Shown here: positions 11,701 through 20,710 of the stretch, in pieces
How the letters are laid out: every line of letters starts with the position of its first letter
Numbering within the stretch: position 1 is the stretch's first letter
Source: a virus
DNA length: 64,000 bases
Strand: one strand, 5' to 3'
IMG/VR virus record: IMGVR_UViG_3300033149_003715
Coordinates: 32,001 to 96,000 of that record
Made by a program: the position numbers and the translations under genes
Notes under the pieces: model-generated
Told to the model about the DNA's origin: nothing
Seen by the model: only the letters and a program-made list of their open reading frames with translations
Database searches by the model: none

Positions 11701-13619
11701 AGTACAGCGGTAAATGGACGGGTATTTATGGTCCTAATGTAACTGATATTACTGTTACCGTTGCTCCACAAGGAGTACAAACATCATATACAATGAGAAC
11801 ATATACGCCTAGACATGGACGTTTTACACGTAATAATGCTGAACGATTGAAAGCAATCGGACAGAATAATCTTAAAATACAACGTGCGTTTAATCGAGCT
11901 TTAATAAATAAATTTAATTTAACTACTGCAAGTGCCACCAAACAAGCTCGTATTCAAGCTATAAGGGATTTTGGTAAAGCTTTATCTTCTGATAAAAGTC
12001 CACATGAAGTTTTGGTTGGTGAAGTATCAGTTATTAATAGTGGTTTTGCGGAAAATTTAAGAAGAACCACTATAGCAACTATGGAAATGAAAGAATTACC
12101 TGTAGAAACTTATAATGATACTGATGTTTATATACGTAAAGCGTTTATGAGTTTAGATGGTTTAATCAGGCCGGTTGCTACCGAGGCAATACCAGAAAGT
12201 AATTTACCAGGATATGTAAGTTCTGTACCAGAAGGTAATTTTAATAGAGGTAATGTACAGTATGCACAATCTCCAATATATACAGGAACTATTAACGATG
12301 ATAGTCCAGCATACTCTATGCTTATTGATATTGATTATTTAAACCCTTTTGCAAATGGTCCAAACTTTAGTGGAAGTGCTTTAAAAAATAGAGTTGTATC
12401 TGAAAGTGATTATGTTGGACATGATATAGATATTTTAGGACATGGTGCTGGTGTTCCTAGATCAGAAGATCATTCATTAAGCGGTATGTCATTACCTATT
12501 GTTGGTTATAATGATACAGATGGTGCCAATTATGCCGATCATTACCGTATGTTTGCACTCCGTGGACCCATTCTTTTACATTCATGGGGATATGATCTGG
12601 ATGGTAAACCGGTTCCAAATGCTGCTGATTCAGAAGATGATGCTAGCAGTGGTATTTTTACTACTGGCAATTTAACAGATATGTTCTTATCTAAGTGGCT
12701 TAGAAAACCTCAAACTTGGCCAGTAGCTCCAGTTGATTTAAGGCTTGATAGAGCTAGGGGTGTTTGGGTTGCCCCCCAATCTTATCGTTTAATCTATGCT
12801 ACATTAGATGAGGCGTTAACTCCTGCTGATACTTCTGCATCTGCTACAATTAACGAACATAATATGCACTTGGCATTGTGGGATAAAGATGGTAACGAGA
12901 TGTCTGGAGGAAAAATAGAAGTAATAGATGTATTGGGTAACACATATGCTTCCGGTGATAAAGTAATAGCATATTATGACACTATTCAGTCTTCACATGC
13001 TTACCGTCCCAGATATGTTATTATTGATGCTACAAGGGATACTGGTACTACTATTAGAGCATTTAACACTTGTGTTGCTGAAAGTGGTATTTTTGATGGA
13101 AAGTTAACTCCTGCTTCAGGCGATTTTCCGCAAGCAAACAAAAAGACCTGGTTAATTGGTAACGGTTTAGCTGTTGTACCAACTGGTGATAATTTATTGT
13201 TAGATACCTATAATACAATTAAGAGCGTACCAACCGGATGTTTAGAAAGTGGTAATTTCATTGAAGATTCTCGTCGTTGGTCAAATTTAATTATTGGTCG
13301 AGGGTTAGGTGTTGATGATGGTGGAGGAACCGGAGAAAGTGGAACAAATTGTGATGTACGTATTGGTTTAAGTTTTTCGTTGGATGGATTACCAAATATT
13401 GCTGAAATTGAGTTAGATGATTGTTTGGTTGCTACAAGAGATGAAATTGACCCATGTGTGGCAACTATTGGTTTTGCTACAGGTATTAAGCCAGAAAGTG
13501 GTTCTGGTGATAGAATTTGGTATGTATCTAATGTTGAATGTAGTGGTACAGCACTTGTTGTAACTAAAAAATGGTTTGAATTTAGTGATTGTGGAACAAT
13601 TGTGGCAACTGGTGAATAA
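8706..13619 (+). CDS. Large tail-tip/baseplate hub-like structural protein
   Basis: GTG start with AGGAG SD; 1637 aa rich in G/T/D/S; second gene after the TMP; N-terminal beta pattern (FLGCSVRSF...FSGLIQSW...YTVQLVDPR). Confidence 0.7.
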   Translation: MGNQSGYSLTIDKLRRDEYASLTPEQYAAILGENCLTGATFGPYHQTLFLGCSVRSFTATVGWNEQIGQLTVNLVRDPCASSDGKDYWDEDLKVQSWYDADPGFVGLSYDIIGCPAMFRVQNFEFSGLIQSWTEQKSESGNPVYTVQLVDPRSILEGARVITGDYAGAILGNGWDANTGPYNLINVFGFMEAFGIDCPQTYLDTLTTESLLPNEDKYLFGDGGPDGAIFGTPSGGYGGARTNRNGMQWLRVITGLNILLNSIPISTDPAVQKYSPYGRLVFRGINRADVSNIGGFGLMGHDRTDILGPFTGLPSTRYLSDYFVDLSELPTPPAYWRINGNNISILEMISSICEDAGYDYYIELIPIRGLSSSWASSNIAKIIKIRTVRRLSQPSLGQISNFIDNAEGSLNTSRGVELRNEFTSSFVVGGKKQTLYQIEQDTNPEDGDEPDPPEQNDIIVPFFGLDANEDAIIPTKDDFGYWQFEAPTANINFNLQILEFPDTTATINEQELLAALSGYDSWLTWVAYTNTDTGQLINLNIEGGGPVWSPANFIKILKNNVLQKGEFKARDFVNLMNGVNAFINVVQGDPATVLQEDMQLLYNWVHTYASEYYGKKFMVRIPYTCARIDDESGNILTSEQPSDGGWTDQLFVLGLAVSNTLLEFFKLEDGRYGTFVRMDNANSLYSAELDPQDYGIVSKYVHSDPFSDALFVKATCDEEFVYVDKATRTSPRVVITLPARVSHIQNGGRPFRSVRLLYELIKYNLAKHSESVDTGTDTITATAHGLENDTEIVLESLKDLPAPLEKNTKYFVVQKTDDTFKVSTTKGGPPVDLTTEGDAFRIVEFKNIELIDRIFKDVGAKEAIAPMEWPSVVPDAVACGIQSNVMTYGPWVTEGPVGQIRVDIDPGLVPWEYGGFTTMNLAGQSKADEGITYMQVGERGSITVPGYPVIPLGAELGAVSGGFFGAGTNLIENRMTSTNNFSETWANGVGIFSVTYGLFEYSGKWTGIYGPNVTDITVTVAPQGVQTSYTMRTYTPRHGRFTRNNAERLKAIGQNNLKIQRAFNRALINKFNLTTASATKQARIQAIRDFGKALSSDKSPHEVLVGEVSVINSGFAENLRRTTIATMEMKELPVETYNDTDVYIRKAFMSLDGLIRPVATEAIPESNLPGYVSSVPEGNFNRGNVQYAQSPIYTGTINDDSPAYSMLIDIDYLNPFANGPNFSGSALKNRVVSESDYVGHDIDILGHGAGVPRSEDHSLSGMSLPIVGYNDTDGANYADHYRMFALRGPILLHSWGYDLDGKPVPNAADSEDDASSGIFTTGNLTDMFLSKWLRKPQTWPVAPVDLRLDRARGVWVAPQSYRLIYATLDEALTPADTSASATINEHNMHLALWDKDGNEMSGGKIEVIDVLGNTYASGDKVIAYYDTIQSSHAYRPRYVIIDATRDTGTTIRAFNTCVAESGIFDGKLTPASGDFPQANKKTWLIGNGLAVVPTGDNLLLDTYNTIKSVPTGCLESGNFIEDSRRWSNLIIGRGLGVDDGGGTGESGTNCDVRIGLSFSLDGLPNIAEIELDDCLVATRDEIDPCVATIGFATGIKPESGSGDRIWYVSNVECSGTALVVTKKWFEFSDCGTIVATGE

Positions 13620-13621
13620 CA

Positions 13622-14086
13622 ATGAAAATAATTGCTGGTAGTTGTTGTTGTGATTTTTGTGAATTTTGTAATGCAACACCTACGACAGTTCGATTGGTTT
13701 TTGGTGGTATAGCTGATGGTTCTTGTGGAGGTTGCAGTGAATTTAATGATGGTGGTGGTGGACCTGGTGATGGTGGTTTTACACTAACACGGGTTGAAGG
13801 TGAAACCTGTGTGTGGTTTTTATCCTTTGATGAAGCAGAAATAACATGTTATAGCGTTGAAGATGAGCAAGCTGGATTTTATGCGGAATTAGATGAAAAC
13901 GGATGGATCATTACAATCTTAGGTAATGAAGGTGGCGATTTATACACAATAGCTGAATGGACTCAGGTTTCAGTATTTAATAACAATTGTTTGGAAAGTT
14001 TAAGCGGCACCGATATATCATTGGATAGTGCAGATAACACAATATGTAATTTTAGTAATGCTGCATTATCTGTTTTTCCTAATTAA
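13622..14086 (+). CDS. Cys-rich acidic tail-associated protein
   Basis: Starts MKIIAGSCCCDFCEFC; follows the hub gene with a 2-nt gap. Confidence 0.6.
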   Translation: MKIIAGSCCCDFCEFCNATPTTVRLVFGGIADGSCGGCSEFNDGGGGPGDGGFTLTRVEGETCVWFLSFDEAEITCYSVEDEQAGFYAELDENGWIITILGNEGGDLYTIAEWTQVSVFNNNCLESLSGTDISLDSADNTICNFSNAALSVFPN

Positions 14087-14100
14087 GTAGAGAGAGTATT

Positions 14101-14487
14101 ATGGGCAAGTACGTTCAAGGACTTTTAGTAAAATCTAGGCAGAAATTACAAAAAGCTAATACTAAACCGCCAACATTACCTAAACGTGTAAGTTCGTATA
14201 TTCAGGAAAGATTAGCATGGTTAAAAAAAGGAAAACCAGTACGTCCACAGCAAGAAATTGAATATATTTTTAATAAATTTTGTAAACCTTGTAAATATTA
14301 TAACGGTAAATTATGTAGTATTTGTGGATGTTATGTAAATGATGGAAATACTCTTAATAAAATATTGTGGGCAACAACTCGATGTCCTGACAATCCACCA
14401 AAATGGATTGAGTATAACGAAAAAAAAGATCTACCACAAAAAAAACCAAAGAAAAAAAGAAAACGTGGTAGATGTTGTAAAAAATAG
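14101..14487 (+). CDS. Basic Cys-rich (CxxC...CxxCxC...C) protein
   Basis: CKPC, CSICGC, RCP and a Lys/Arg-rich tail; last gene of the + arm. Confidence 0.7.
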   Translation: MGKYVQGLLVKSRQKLQKANTKPPTLPKRVSSYIQERLAWLKKGKPVRPQQEIEYIFNKFCKPCKYYNGKLCSICGCYVNDGNTLNKILWATTRCPDNPPKWIEYNEKKDLPQKKPKKKRKRGRCCKK

Positions 14488-14488
14488 A

Positions 14489-14821
14489 CTATTCCATTTG
14501 TTGTGTATTTTTATTCCATTTTACCCAACCACGATTATTAAGCCAATTACCTTGATTGTCTTTTCGCTTGGGAAAAATACTACCACCCACCTTGTGAACA
14601 CCAAATTGTAATTTTGCTTGACATGTGATACATTGTAATTCGTAATATTTATTGCCGTCAACTGTTCTGACTACGTACTTTAAATTTTCTGATTGACATT
14701 TACCACATTTTGTTTCTCCAAATACTTCTTGGAAATTGTGTAATTTTTCAAAAACATCAACAATCTTTGTAGCTTCTAATTCTACATTCATTTTGGGATT
14801 TACTTGATAATGTACTTTCAT
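14489..14821 (-). CDS. Zn-ribbon hypothetical protein
   Basis: CGKC...CITC. Start revised to ATG 14821 (AAAGGA SD); ORF track start is 14848. Confidence 0.75.
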   Translation of the reverse strand: MKVHYQVNPKMNVELEATKIVDVFEKLHNFQEVFGETKCGKCQSENLKYVVRTVDGNKYYELQCITCQAKLQFGVHKVGGSIFPKRKDNQGNWLNNRGWVKWNKNTQQME

Positions 14822-14823
14822 AA

Positions 14824-15666
14824 TTATTCCTTTACTATTGACTGCCAATTATCTTGGTAACCTTTAATTTCTTCAATAATTTGATCTGGATTTTGCCGAT
14901 ACTCGTGTAATTTGCCATTAATAGTTATGGCTTCTTGATGGGTTAATTGTGTAATATGGGTAATAGAACGATTCAAAATATGTTCCACGGTTTTTTGTAC
15001 GTTTAAATTTAATTTGTCCGGCCTGCATAACGAATCTATAAACTGTATTTGAAAGGCTGTAATTTCATTTTGAGTTGGTGAATCGTATATATCGACTTTT
15101 TTCTGTGAATATTCCTCTGCCGCTATAATCTTTCTTAATTTTAATGCACGTTTATATGCTCTGCCTTCTGCTCTTGTTTCTGCAACTGCAATTGGAAAGT
15201 GTTCGTATTTATCCGTATTACCATAGTATGAATCTGCACAACCACTAAATTGCCTTCTGTCATTCTCATCGAACTCAATGGTAATATTATGCTGTACGGT
15301 AGCACGATATTTATTTTCTGGTGTTGGTGTTTGTACAATTATACTATTTGACTCAACAATTGGTCCAAGTAGTTTTTCAGTTAGCCTACGTAAACCATCT
15401 GTTGTAGGATTGTCATTAATTTTTTCATCTGGTTCTAAAAGATTTAATACATAATCATTCCATTCTGGATCTATAATATCAGGTATAATTTGATTATTTG
15501 TATTATTGTCATTAGATGAATCTTGCATATTTTTACTTTCTGCTTCTTTTAATAATTGTACCCATGCTGTTTTACCTTTAATGTTATATCGACTTAGATC
15601 ATAATTATACTTACTATGTAAGATTTCTTTAATTTCTTTCACTTTCATTTTTTGATATTCATACAT
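14824..15666 (-). CDS. Rad52/Sak/Erf-like ssDNA annealing protein with N-terminal HeH-like domain
   Basis: AVAETRAEGRAYKRAL motif typical of phage annealases. Start revised to ATG 15666 (GAGG SD); ORF track start is 15678. Confidence 0.55.
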   Translation of the reverse strand: MYEYQKMKVKEIKEILHSKYNYDLSRYNIKGKTAWVQLLKEAESKNMQDSSNDNNTNNQIIPDIIDPEWNDYVLNLLEPDEKINDNPTTDGLRRLTEKLLGPIVESNSIIVQTPTPENKYRATVQHNITIEFDENDRRQFSGCADSYYGNTDKYEHFPIAVAETRAEGRAYKRALKLRKIIAAEEYSQKKVDIYDSPTQNEITAFQIQFIDSLCRPDKLNLNVQKTVEHILNRSITHITQLTHQEAITINGKLHEYRQNPDQIIEEIKGYQDNWQSIVKE

Positions 15667-15667
15667 A

Positions 15668-16450
15668 TCATACCTCAATTTCGATAGTACGGTTGGATTG
15701 TTTAGTTTTAATTTTGTTAATACAATCTAAGACTTTTTGTAATATCTGACGACATTTAGTTTTAGATGGAGATTTATCGTATTTAATCCTGATAATTGAA
15801 AATCCTTTATCGAATAATAATGCTGTTTTAATTTTATCTATATGTTGACTACGTTGAAATTCGTTCAACCCCCATATCGGTTTATGGTGAGATGGTCCAT
15901 CTACTTCAATTGCAATACCAAGTGTTGGTAATAATAAATCAATATGAATTTTATCATTAGCAACGATGTATTGTTTATGTTTTTCAACTACATATTTTAA
16001 TTTTTTAAGTTCGCTGAATAAAAATTTTTCCAGTTTTGATCCTTCTTTCGCGGCTTTTCTTATTGCGTCTTGAGCTATTTTTGTAAATTGTTGTCTACTT
16101 TTAATATCCCTGCTATTCCATCGTTGTTTAGCTGCTTCACTTAATTTAGTTAGTGTTTCTTTATCAATTTTTTGCCATGCTTTGGCCCTGCTTTCGCCTA
16201 TTTTGTATTTGGTTTGTTTATCGTGATGTTTACCTTTTGTTGGATGCAGTCGTCTACCAAGTTTAAGAGAAATTTTTTGAGCTTCCGATTGTGTTCTTGG
16301 CTTAAAACCTACTTTGTATGCTTTACGTCTTATATAATTAGCATATGTACCAAGTTCTTCTGCGATCATATTAAAGCTTTTACCTTTTTGGTTATACTCA
16401 CGCTCAAAAAAATCGTATGTTAACTTATTTTCTAATTCATGCTTTTTCAT
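15668..16450 (-). CDS. Vsr/DUF559-like endonuclease with HTH and NUMOD3-like N-terminus (putative homing endonuclease)
   Basis: SKLEK...IDLLL...IAIEVDGPSHH...DKIK...GFSIIRI; HPTKGKHHDKQTKYKIG NUMOD3-like motif. Confidence 0.75.
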   Translation of the reverse strand: MKKHELENKLTYDFFEREYNQKGKSFNMIAEELGTYANYIRRKAYKVGFKPRTQSEAQKISLKLGRRLHPTKGKHHDKQTKYKIGESRAKAWQKIDKETLTKLSEAAKQRWNSRDIKSRQQFTKIAQDAIRKAAKEGSKLEKFLFSELKKLKYVVEKHKQYIVANDKIHIDLLLPTLGIAIEVDGPSHHKPIWGLNEFQRSQHIDKIKTALLFDKGFSIIRIKYDKSPSKTKCRQILQKVLDCINKIKTKQSNRTIEIEV

Positions 16451-16919
16451 AATTAAATATTAATTCGATAATTTGAGTATAGTTGAAGTTTGGAATAATT
16501 GCTATTGGTTTTTTCCAGCATTTAGTTAAAACATCAGCATGTAATTTACTTCGTGCAATTAAATGTATACTATCATTATTGTATATTTTATTTAGATGCT
16601 TAAAGATTAATTGTTTCATATTTAACCATTCTAAATCCATAACATAAAAAAACTTTTGTTCAGTACCAATACATTTCATCATATATTGTGTGGTTTCTAT
16701 GTTTGTAGATATAAGGGGACCATTAAATCTCCAAGCTTCTACCAAAGGCATCATGGCAAACAACGGTGTAAGAACATGTTGGTAATAATCACTATAAAAT
16801 ACAATTGGATCATAATATCCAATATTTTTATCCTCCACTAAATTATTCATATTTTTAGTGATAAGTAAACCTTGTTGTGAAATATCTAACGCATAAGTTA
16901 ATATGCCAAATTTATTCAT
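16437..16919 (-). CDS. Glycosyltransferase-B-like single-domain protein
   Basis: LISTNIET...KFFYVMDLEW...LIARS...IIPN pattern resembles a GT-B N-terminal lobe; lies in the GT cluster. Confidence 0.45.
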   Translation of the reverse strand: MNKFGILTYALDISQQGLLITKNMNNLVEDKNIGYYDPIVFYSDYYQHVLTPLFAMMPLVEAWRFNGPLISTNIETTQYMMKCIGTEQKFFYVMDLEWLNMKQLIFKHLNKIYNNDSIHLIARSKLHADVLTKCWKKPIAIIPNFNYTQIIELIFNYEKA

Positions 16920-16928
16920 GCTAAATTC

Positions 16929-17789
16929 CTATGATATTTCTAGTTGTTGAAGAATGGCATCAACTTGATGACAATATGTATTATCTTGTATATTTTTATT
17001 GGCTGTTCTGGTCCATAATTGTCGTTCATCGTTATTATATAGATAAAATCGAATATGATCTATTAATGCTTTATAGTATTTGTTGTACGCTTCGTTATCA
17101 TTTAATAATGCATCCATACCAATAAATGGGTAGTAACCATTATTACGATTAGATATTGCAAAACCATTATTATATGCTACATCATACAACGAATTATTAT
17201 CAAAATCCAGTGTAATTTGGGCCGATGTAAAAAAATTGGCCGTTTCTTCTAAAGATGTTTGTCCTAAATATTCTACAAATGGTATTGTATATGGTCCAAT
17301 AATTTTTATTTGTAAATTTGTACCATTAGCTATATTTGTTAGTGTTTGTAGAATAAAGTCGTTTGGTGCAATATTTGATACATATAATAATTGTGTAGCT
17401 AATTTTGGATCATAAATACCGCTGTGATATTGTTTGCTATTGGCGGCATTGTGTAATGTAAGATATTTTCGTAAAGAGTCTATGATTGGTTGTTCAGTAT
17501 TTAATCCACATATAAGGTCTGGATTAAGTTCATCAATCAATGTTGCGGGAATAGGGCATGAGTCACATAAAACCAGTTTATATTGTTGCCTATATTCTTG
17601 AAGTGCTTTTTTAACAATGGAATCAATTGACGACGTATGACAAATAACAATATCAGGATTCATTTCTATCATCATATCATACGCGGGTTTAATTTGTGTA
17701 TTCCATATAATAGTTTGGTGCAATGCAGTAAAACTAGCAGCAATGCCGTTAAGAATCAAATTATTAGTATTTGTGATAACAACTTTCAT
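16929..17789 (-). CDS. GT-B fold (CgeB/DUF3880-like) glycosyltransferase-like protein
   Basis: NPDIVI, HNAANSKQY, IKIIG, SAQITLD and C-terminal NTYCHQV (usually HTYxxR). Confidence 0.6.
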   Translation of the reverse strand: MKVVITNTNNLILNGIAASFTALHQTIIWNTQIKPAYDMMIEMNPDIVICHTSSIDSIVKKALQEYRQQYKLVLCDSCPIPATLIDELNPDLICGLNTEQPIIDSLRKYLTLHNAANSKQYHSGIYDPKLATQLLYVSNIAPNDFILQTLTNIANGTNLQIKIIGPYTIPFVEYLGQTSLEETANFFTSAQITLDFDNNSLYDVAYNNGFAISNRNNGYYPFIGMDALLNDNEAYNKYYKALIDHIRFYLYNNDERQLWTRTANKNIQDNTYCHQVDAILQQLEIS

Positions 17790-17796
17790 TTGTGAT

Positions 17797-18531
17797 TTAA
17801 TTTCTACATCTAAGAATTTTTCTTGCTATAAACATATCTTTCATACAATCTACATCATTTACTTTCATTTTTGGTGGACTTATCGCATAAATTTTACTAC
17901 CATGTTCAATCATTTTATTAAGTGCTTCGAACGTATATGTATTTTCGTTTGTTTTATCCCAACAGATTTCTTTAAACAAAGACAATTCATCACCAGTAAG
18001 ATATAATATTTGTGCCCACTTATTAGGTAAATCATAAATCATATGTTGCAATTTATCATCTACAATTGTACATCCTACTTCGTTGTTTGTCATGTAACCA
18101 GATTTATCAATAAGGATATAAGATTTACTTCTTCGCGGAAAATTCAAAGCATGTATATTAAAAACTAAATCGCCATAAATGATGATTACACGATTAGATG
18201 TTGCCGCTCTTAAACCTATACCTAAACTTCTAACTACATTTGTTGTTTCATATCTTTCATTTTCTACTTGTATAATATTATTTGGCATTAAATTCATAAT
18301 TTGTTCAGATTTGTAGCCAGTTACCAAAACGATTTCATAATTTCCATTTAAGGCTTTATGTATGGTATTTAATTGATGTGTAATAATATTTATATTTGGT
18401 GTAATTTGCAATAATGATTTCGGTCCGTAAGATTGAATTCTCCAACCTATACCAGCAGCGGGAATAATAACACTACATTTAATTGATTTACTGGGTTGAT
18501 TTTGTTTTATGGTATGGATATATTTAGGCAT
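17797..18531 (-). CDS. NTP transferase (LicC/MobA-like nucleotidyltransferase)
   Basis: IIPAAGIGWR...PKSL, VTGYK, NERYETTNVVRSL, YGDL and C-terminal DVDxxKD. Confidence 0.85.
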   Translation of the reverse strand: MPKYIHTIKQNQPSKSIKCSVIIPAAGIGWRIQSYGPKSLLQITPNINIITHQLNTIHKALNGNYEIVLVTGYKSEQIMNLMPNNIIQVENERYETTNVVRSLGIGLRAATSNRVIIIYGDLVFNIHALNFPRRSKSYILIDKSGYMTNNEVGCTIVDDKLQHMIYDLPNKWAQILYLTGDELSLFKEICWDKTNENTYTFEALNKMIEHGSKIYAISPPKMKVNDVDCMKDMFIARKILRCRN

Positions 18532-18533
18532 AT

Positions 18534-19094
18534 TTAATTGTCAATATACTGTTGAAAAAATGATAAATCATGAGCAATATTTTCTTTAGTGGTATGTTGT
18601 GTAGTAAATAATAATTCGGGAATATGAAACATTACTGTTGATCTACACAATCTATATAACATATCCATAAAATATAGATACCGCAATTGTTCATTAAATA
18701 ACTCAAATTTATTCAACTTAAAAAATAATGGACAATTTATTCTGTATTTACGAATTTTGTCATAGTGGTATGATGGATATAATAATATATTTTTACCATG
18801 TTCATCAATATAATATTGATCTGAATATATTCCGTTAATTTCTGGATATTCTTTGAACATATCAACGATATGTGTAATACTGTCTTTAGCAGCAAAATTA
18901 TTATATGGTGATAAAAATCCATAGATAACATCTTTGTCCTTTTGGAAATTCTCTTTAATTGTTTCATTAAATGCTACCGGAGGATTTTTCTTATTATTTA
19001 TAAAATTTACAAACGGATAATCTTGTTTAATTAGTGATTGTGTGCCAGCAACAGTAACAATCACTTCCGGATTTATGTTAGTAGATTCGGACAT
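18534..19094 (-). CDS. GT-A/GT2-like protein (degenerate)
   Basis: AFNETI, YGFLS, GIYSD and FHIPELLF resemble GT2; the DxD position reads SPY. Confidence 0.55.
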   Translation of the reverse strand: MSESTNINPEVIVTVAGTQSLIKQDYPFVNFINNKKNPPVAFNETIKENFQKDKDVIYGFLSPYNNFAAKDSITHIVDMFKEYPEINGIYSDQYYIDEHGKNILLYPSYHYDKIRKYRINCPLFFKLNKFELFNEQLRYLYFMDMLYRLCRSTVMFHIPELLFTTQHTTKENIAHDLSFFQQYIDN

Positions 19095-19828
19095 AAGTTT
19101 TCTATACTTTCTATATCTATTTGATCCTTTTCTATTTTATCTATAAGTGGTTCTTGTGCGTGTCCATTATACATTTTATGTACCAAATAATGTACTATAT
19201 AACCATTACCATCTTGGTTTGGTTTTAAGATAGTTAATTGGTATAATTTTTTATATACTAAGTCATTTAATGTAGAAAAAAAGAATTTATCAATTCTGCA
19301 TCCAGCATTAAACACTGCATAATACATATGATGTATAATATCCACAACAAAATCAATTAAATTACCAAAAGTAGTTTGTGAATTAATAGTATTTTGCAAT
19401 CTCCATTTAATTTTTAATGGCTTAAGTAATTCGAGTAGTACAGTGTTAGATATTAAGCTATTAAATGGTTTGATAATTGTAATATGTTGTGTTGGTAGTG
19501 TTTGTTGCAATACATCATTTAAAGTGTTTTTTATTTGATCTAAGTTGTTATTAGCAATAATGATGGCTTGATAGTTTAGGCGATTTTCTTTATTTAATAC
19601 TGCTTTTTGTTCTTCTAATGTTCGATTGTATGCGTGCCATATTTTTGTGCGAAAATTATGACATATACGACCCTGAATTACATAAAATTCTTTATCTTCA
19701 TCATATGCTTCTAACACTGTTGTTTTAATGTTACGAAATTGTTCTAGTGTATTTAGAATACATCCAATTTGCGTATGTTGTTTGTATTGTGCAAAAATAC
19801 ATTCCTTGCATGGAGTATCCAATTTCAT
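19073..19828 (-). CDS. Hypothetical protein: Cys-rich N-terminus plus degenerate GT2-like domain
   Basis: CKECIF...GC...ICHNFR followed by IKNTLNDVLQQTLP (GT2-like start). Confidence 0.5.
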   Translation of the reverse strand: MKLDTPCKECIFAQYKQHTQIGCILNTLEQFRNIKTTVLEAYDEDKEFYVIQGRICHNFRTKIWHAYNRTLEEQKAVLNKENRLNYQAIIIANNNLDQIKNTLNDVLQQTLPTQHITIIKPFNSLISNTVLLELLKPLKIKWRLQNTINSQTTFGNLIDFVVDIIHHMYYAVFNAGCRIDKFFFSTLNDLVYKKLYQLTILKPNQDGNGYIVHYLVHKMYNGHAQEPLIDKIEKDQIDIESIENLCPNLLT

Positions 19829-20289
19829 TTTGAATCCTTTGGGAGTGGTTTTTTGGCTATAATAGTATAACTTAAATGAAATAATTTTGAGAATATAATA
19901 GCTAATCCATAAGTTTTAAGTAATTTTTTCATTTCTAGTAAACTACTAACTGATTGTTTGCCATTATATAAATAGTATTGAATTTTAGTTATATCTTTAG
20001 AGGATTGATGTATTATACTATTTAAATCGTTGCCATCTATAATTAATTCTCCATTGGGTTTTAGTTTTTGTACGATAGATTGTAAAATTTGTTCTCTGTT
20101 CGATATATAATCTAAACGATCTCCTAAATAAATGAATTCGCAAGTGTTATTTGGTATCATATATTTAATACTATATATGTTAATTGGAATACATTCGTCA
20201 TACACTGACGATGATTGGGTTGCCGGAAAAATCGGAATATATTCGTTATATGGTGTTAGTATCCCGGGTACAGTTATTCTTATTTTCAT
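19825..20289 (-). CDS. Class I SAM methyltransferase-like fold protein (paralog 2)
   Basis: CEFIYLGDRLDYI...LKPNGELII and C-terminal YTIIAKK; no GxG motif I. Confidence 0.6.
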   Translation of the reverse strand: MKIRITVPGILTPYNEYIPIFPATQSSSVYDECIPINIYSIKYMIPNNTCEFIYLGDRLDYISNREQILQSIVQKLKPNGELIIDGNDLNSIIHQSSKDITKIQYYLYNGKQSVSSLLEMKKLLKTYGLAIIFSKLFHLSYTIIAKKPLPKDSK

Positions 20290-20710
20290 AATTTGGAAAT
20301 GGCCTTTTAGCTGTAATAGTATAACTCCAATTTACTAATTTTGATAGCACAATAGTTAATCCGTACATTCTAAGTAATTCTTTCATTGTTGGTAAATTAC
20401 TAATAGACTGTCTTCCGTTATATAAATATTGTTGAATATTATCTACATTTAAATGAAGACCACCATGTAATCTATATACTATATCAGTTAAGTCATTTCC
20501 TTCCACAATAAGTTTTCCATCATATTTTAATTTTTGTACTATTAATTCCAAGTAATGTTGTCTATTTGGAACATAATCTAAACAATCTTCTAAGTAAATA
20601 AAATCACATATGCTATCAGGCACCATATGTTTTACATCTTGTATGTTGATTGGTATACATTCATTATATAGCCGCGTTTGCCTATTAGGTAAAATAATTT
20701 TAATCTTCAT
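20246..20710 (-). CDS. Class I SAM methyltransferase-like fold protein (paralog 1)
   Basis: CDFIYLEDCLDYV...LKYDGKLIV and YTITAKR; clearly homologous to 19825..20289. Confidence 0.6.
   Translation of the reverse strand: MKIKIILPNRQTRLYNECIPINIQDVKHMVPDSICDFIYLEDCLDYVPNRQHYLELIVQKLKYDGKLIVEGNDLTDIVYRLHGGLHLNVDNIQQYLYNGRQSISNLPTMKELLRMYGLTIVLSKLVNWSYTITAKRPFPNYENKNNCTRDTNTI

Noticed and set aside
4040-13679. Minus-strand ORFs within the tail genes (for example 4441..4752 and 9197..9556)
   Set aside because: Antisense shadows of long coding frames, with no recognisable motifs.
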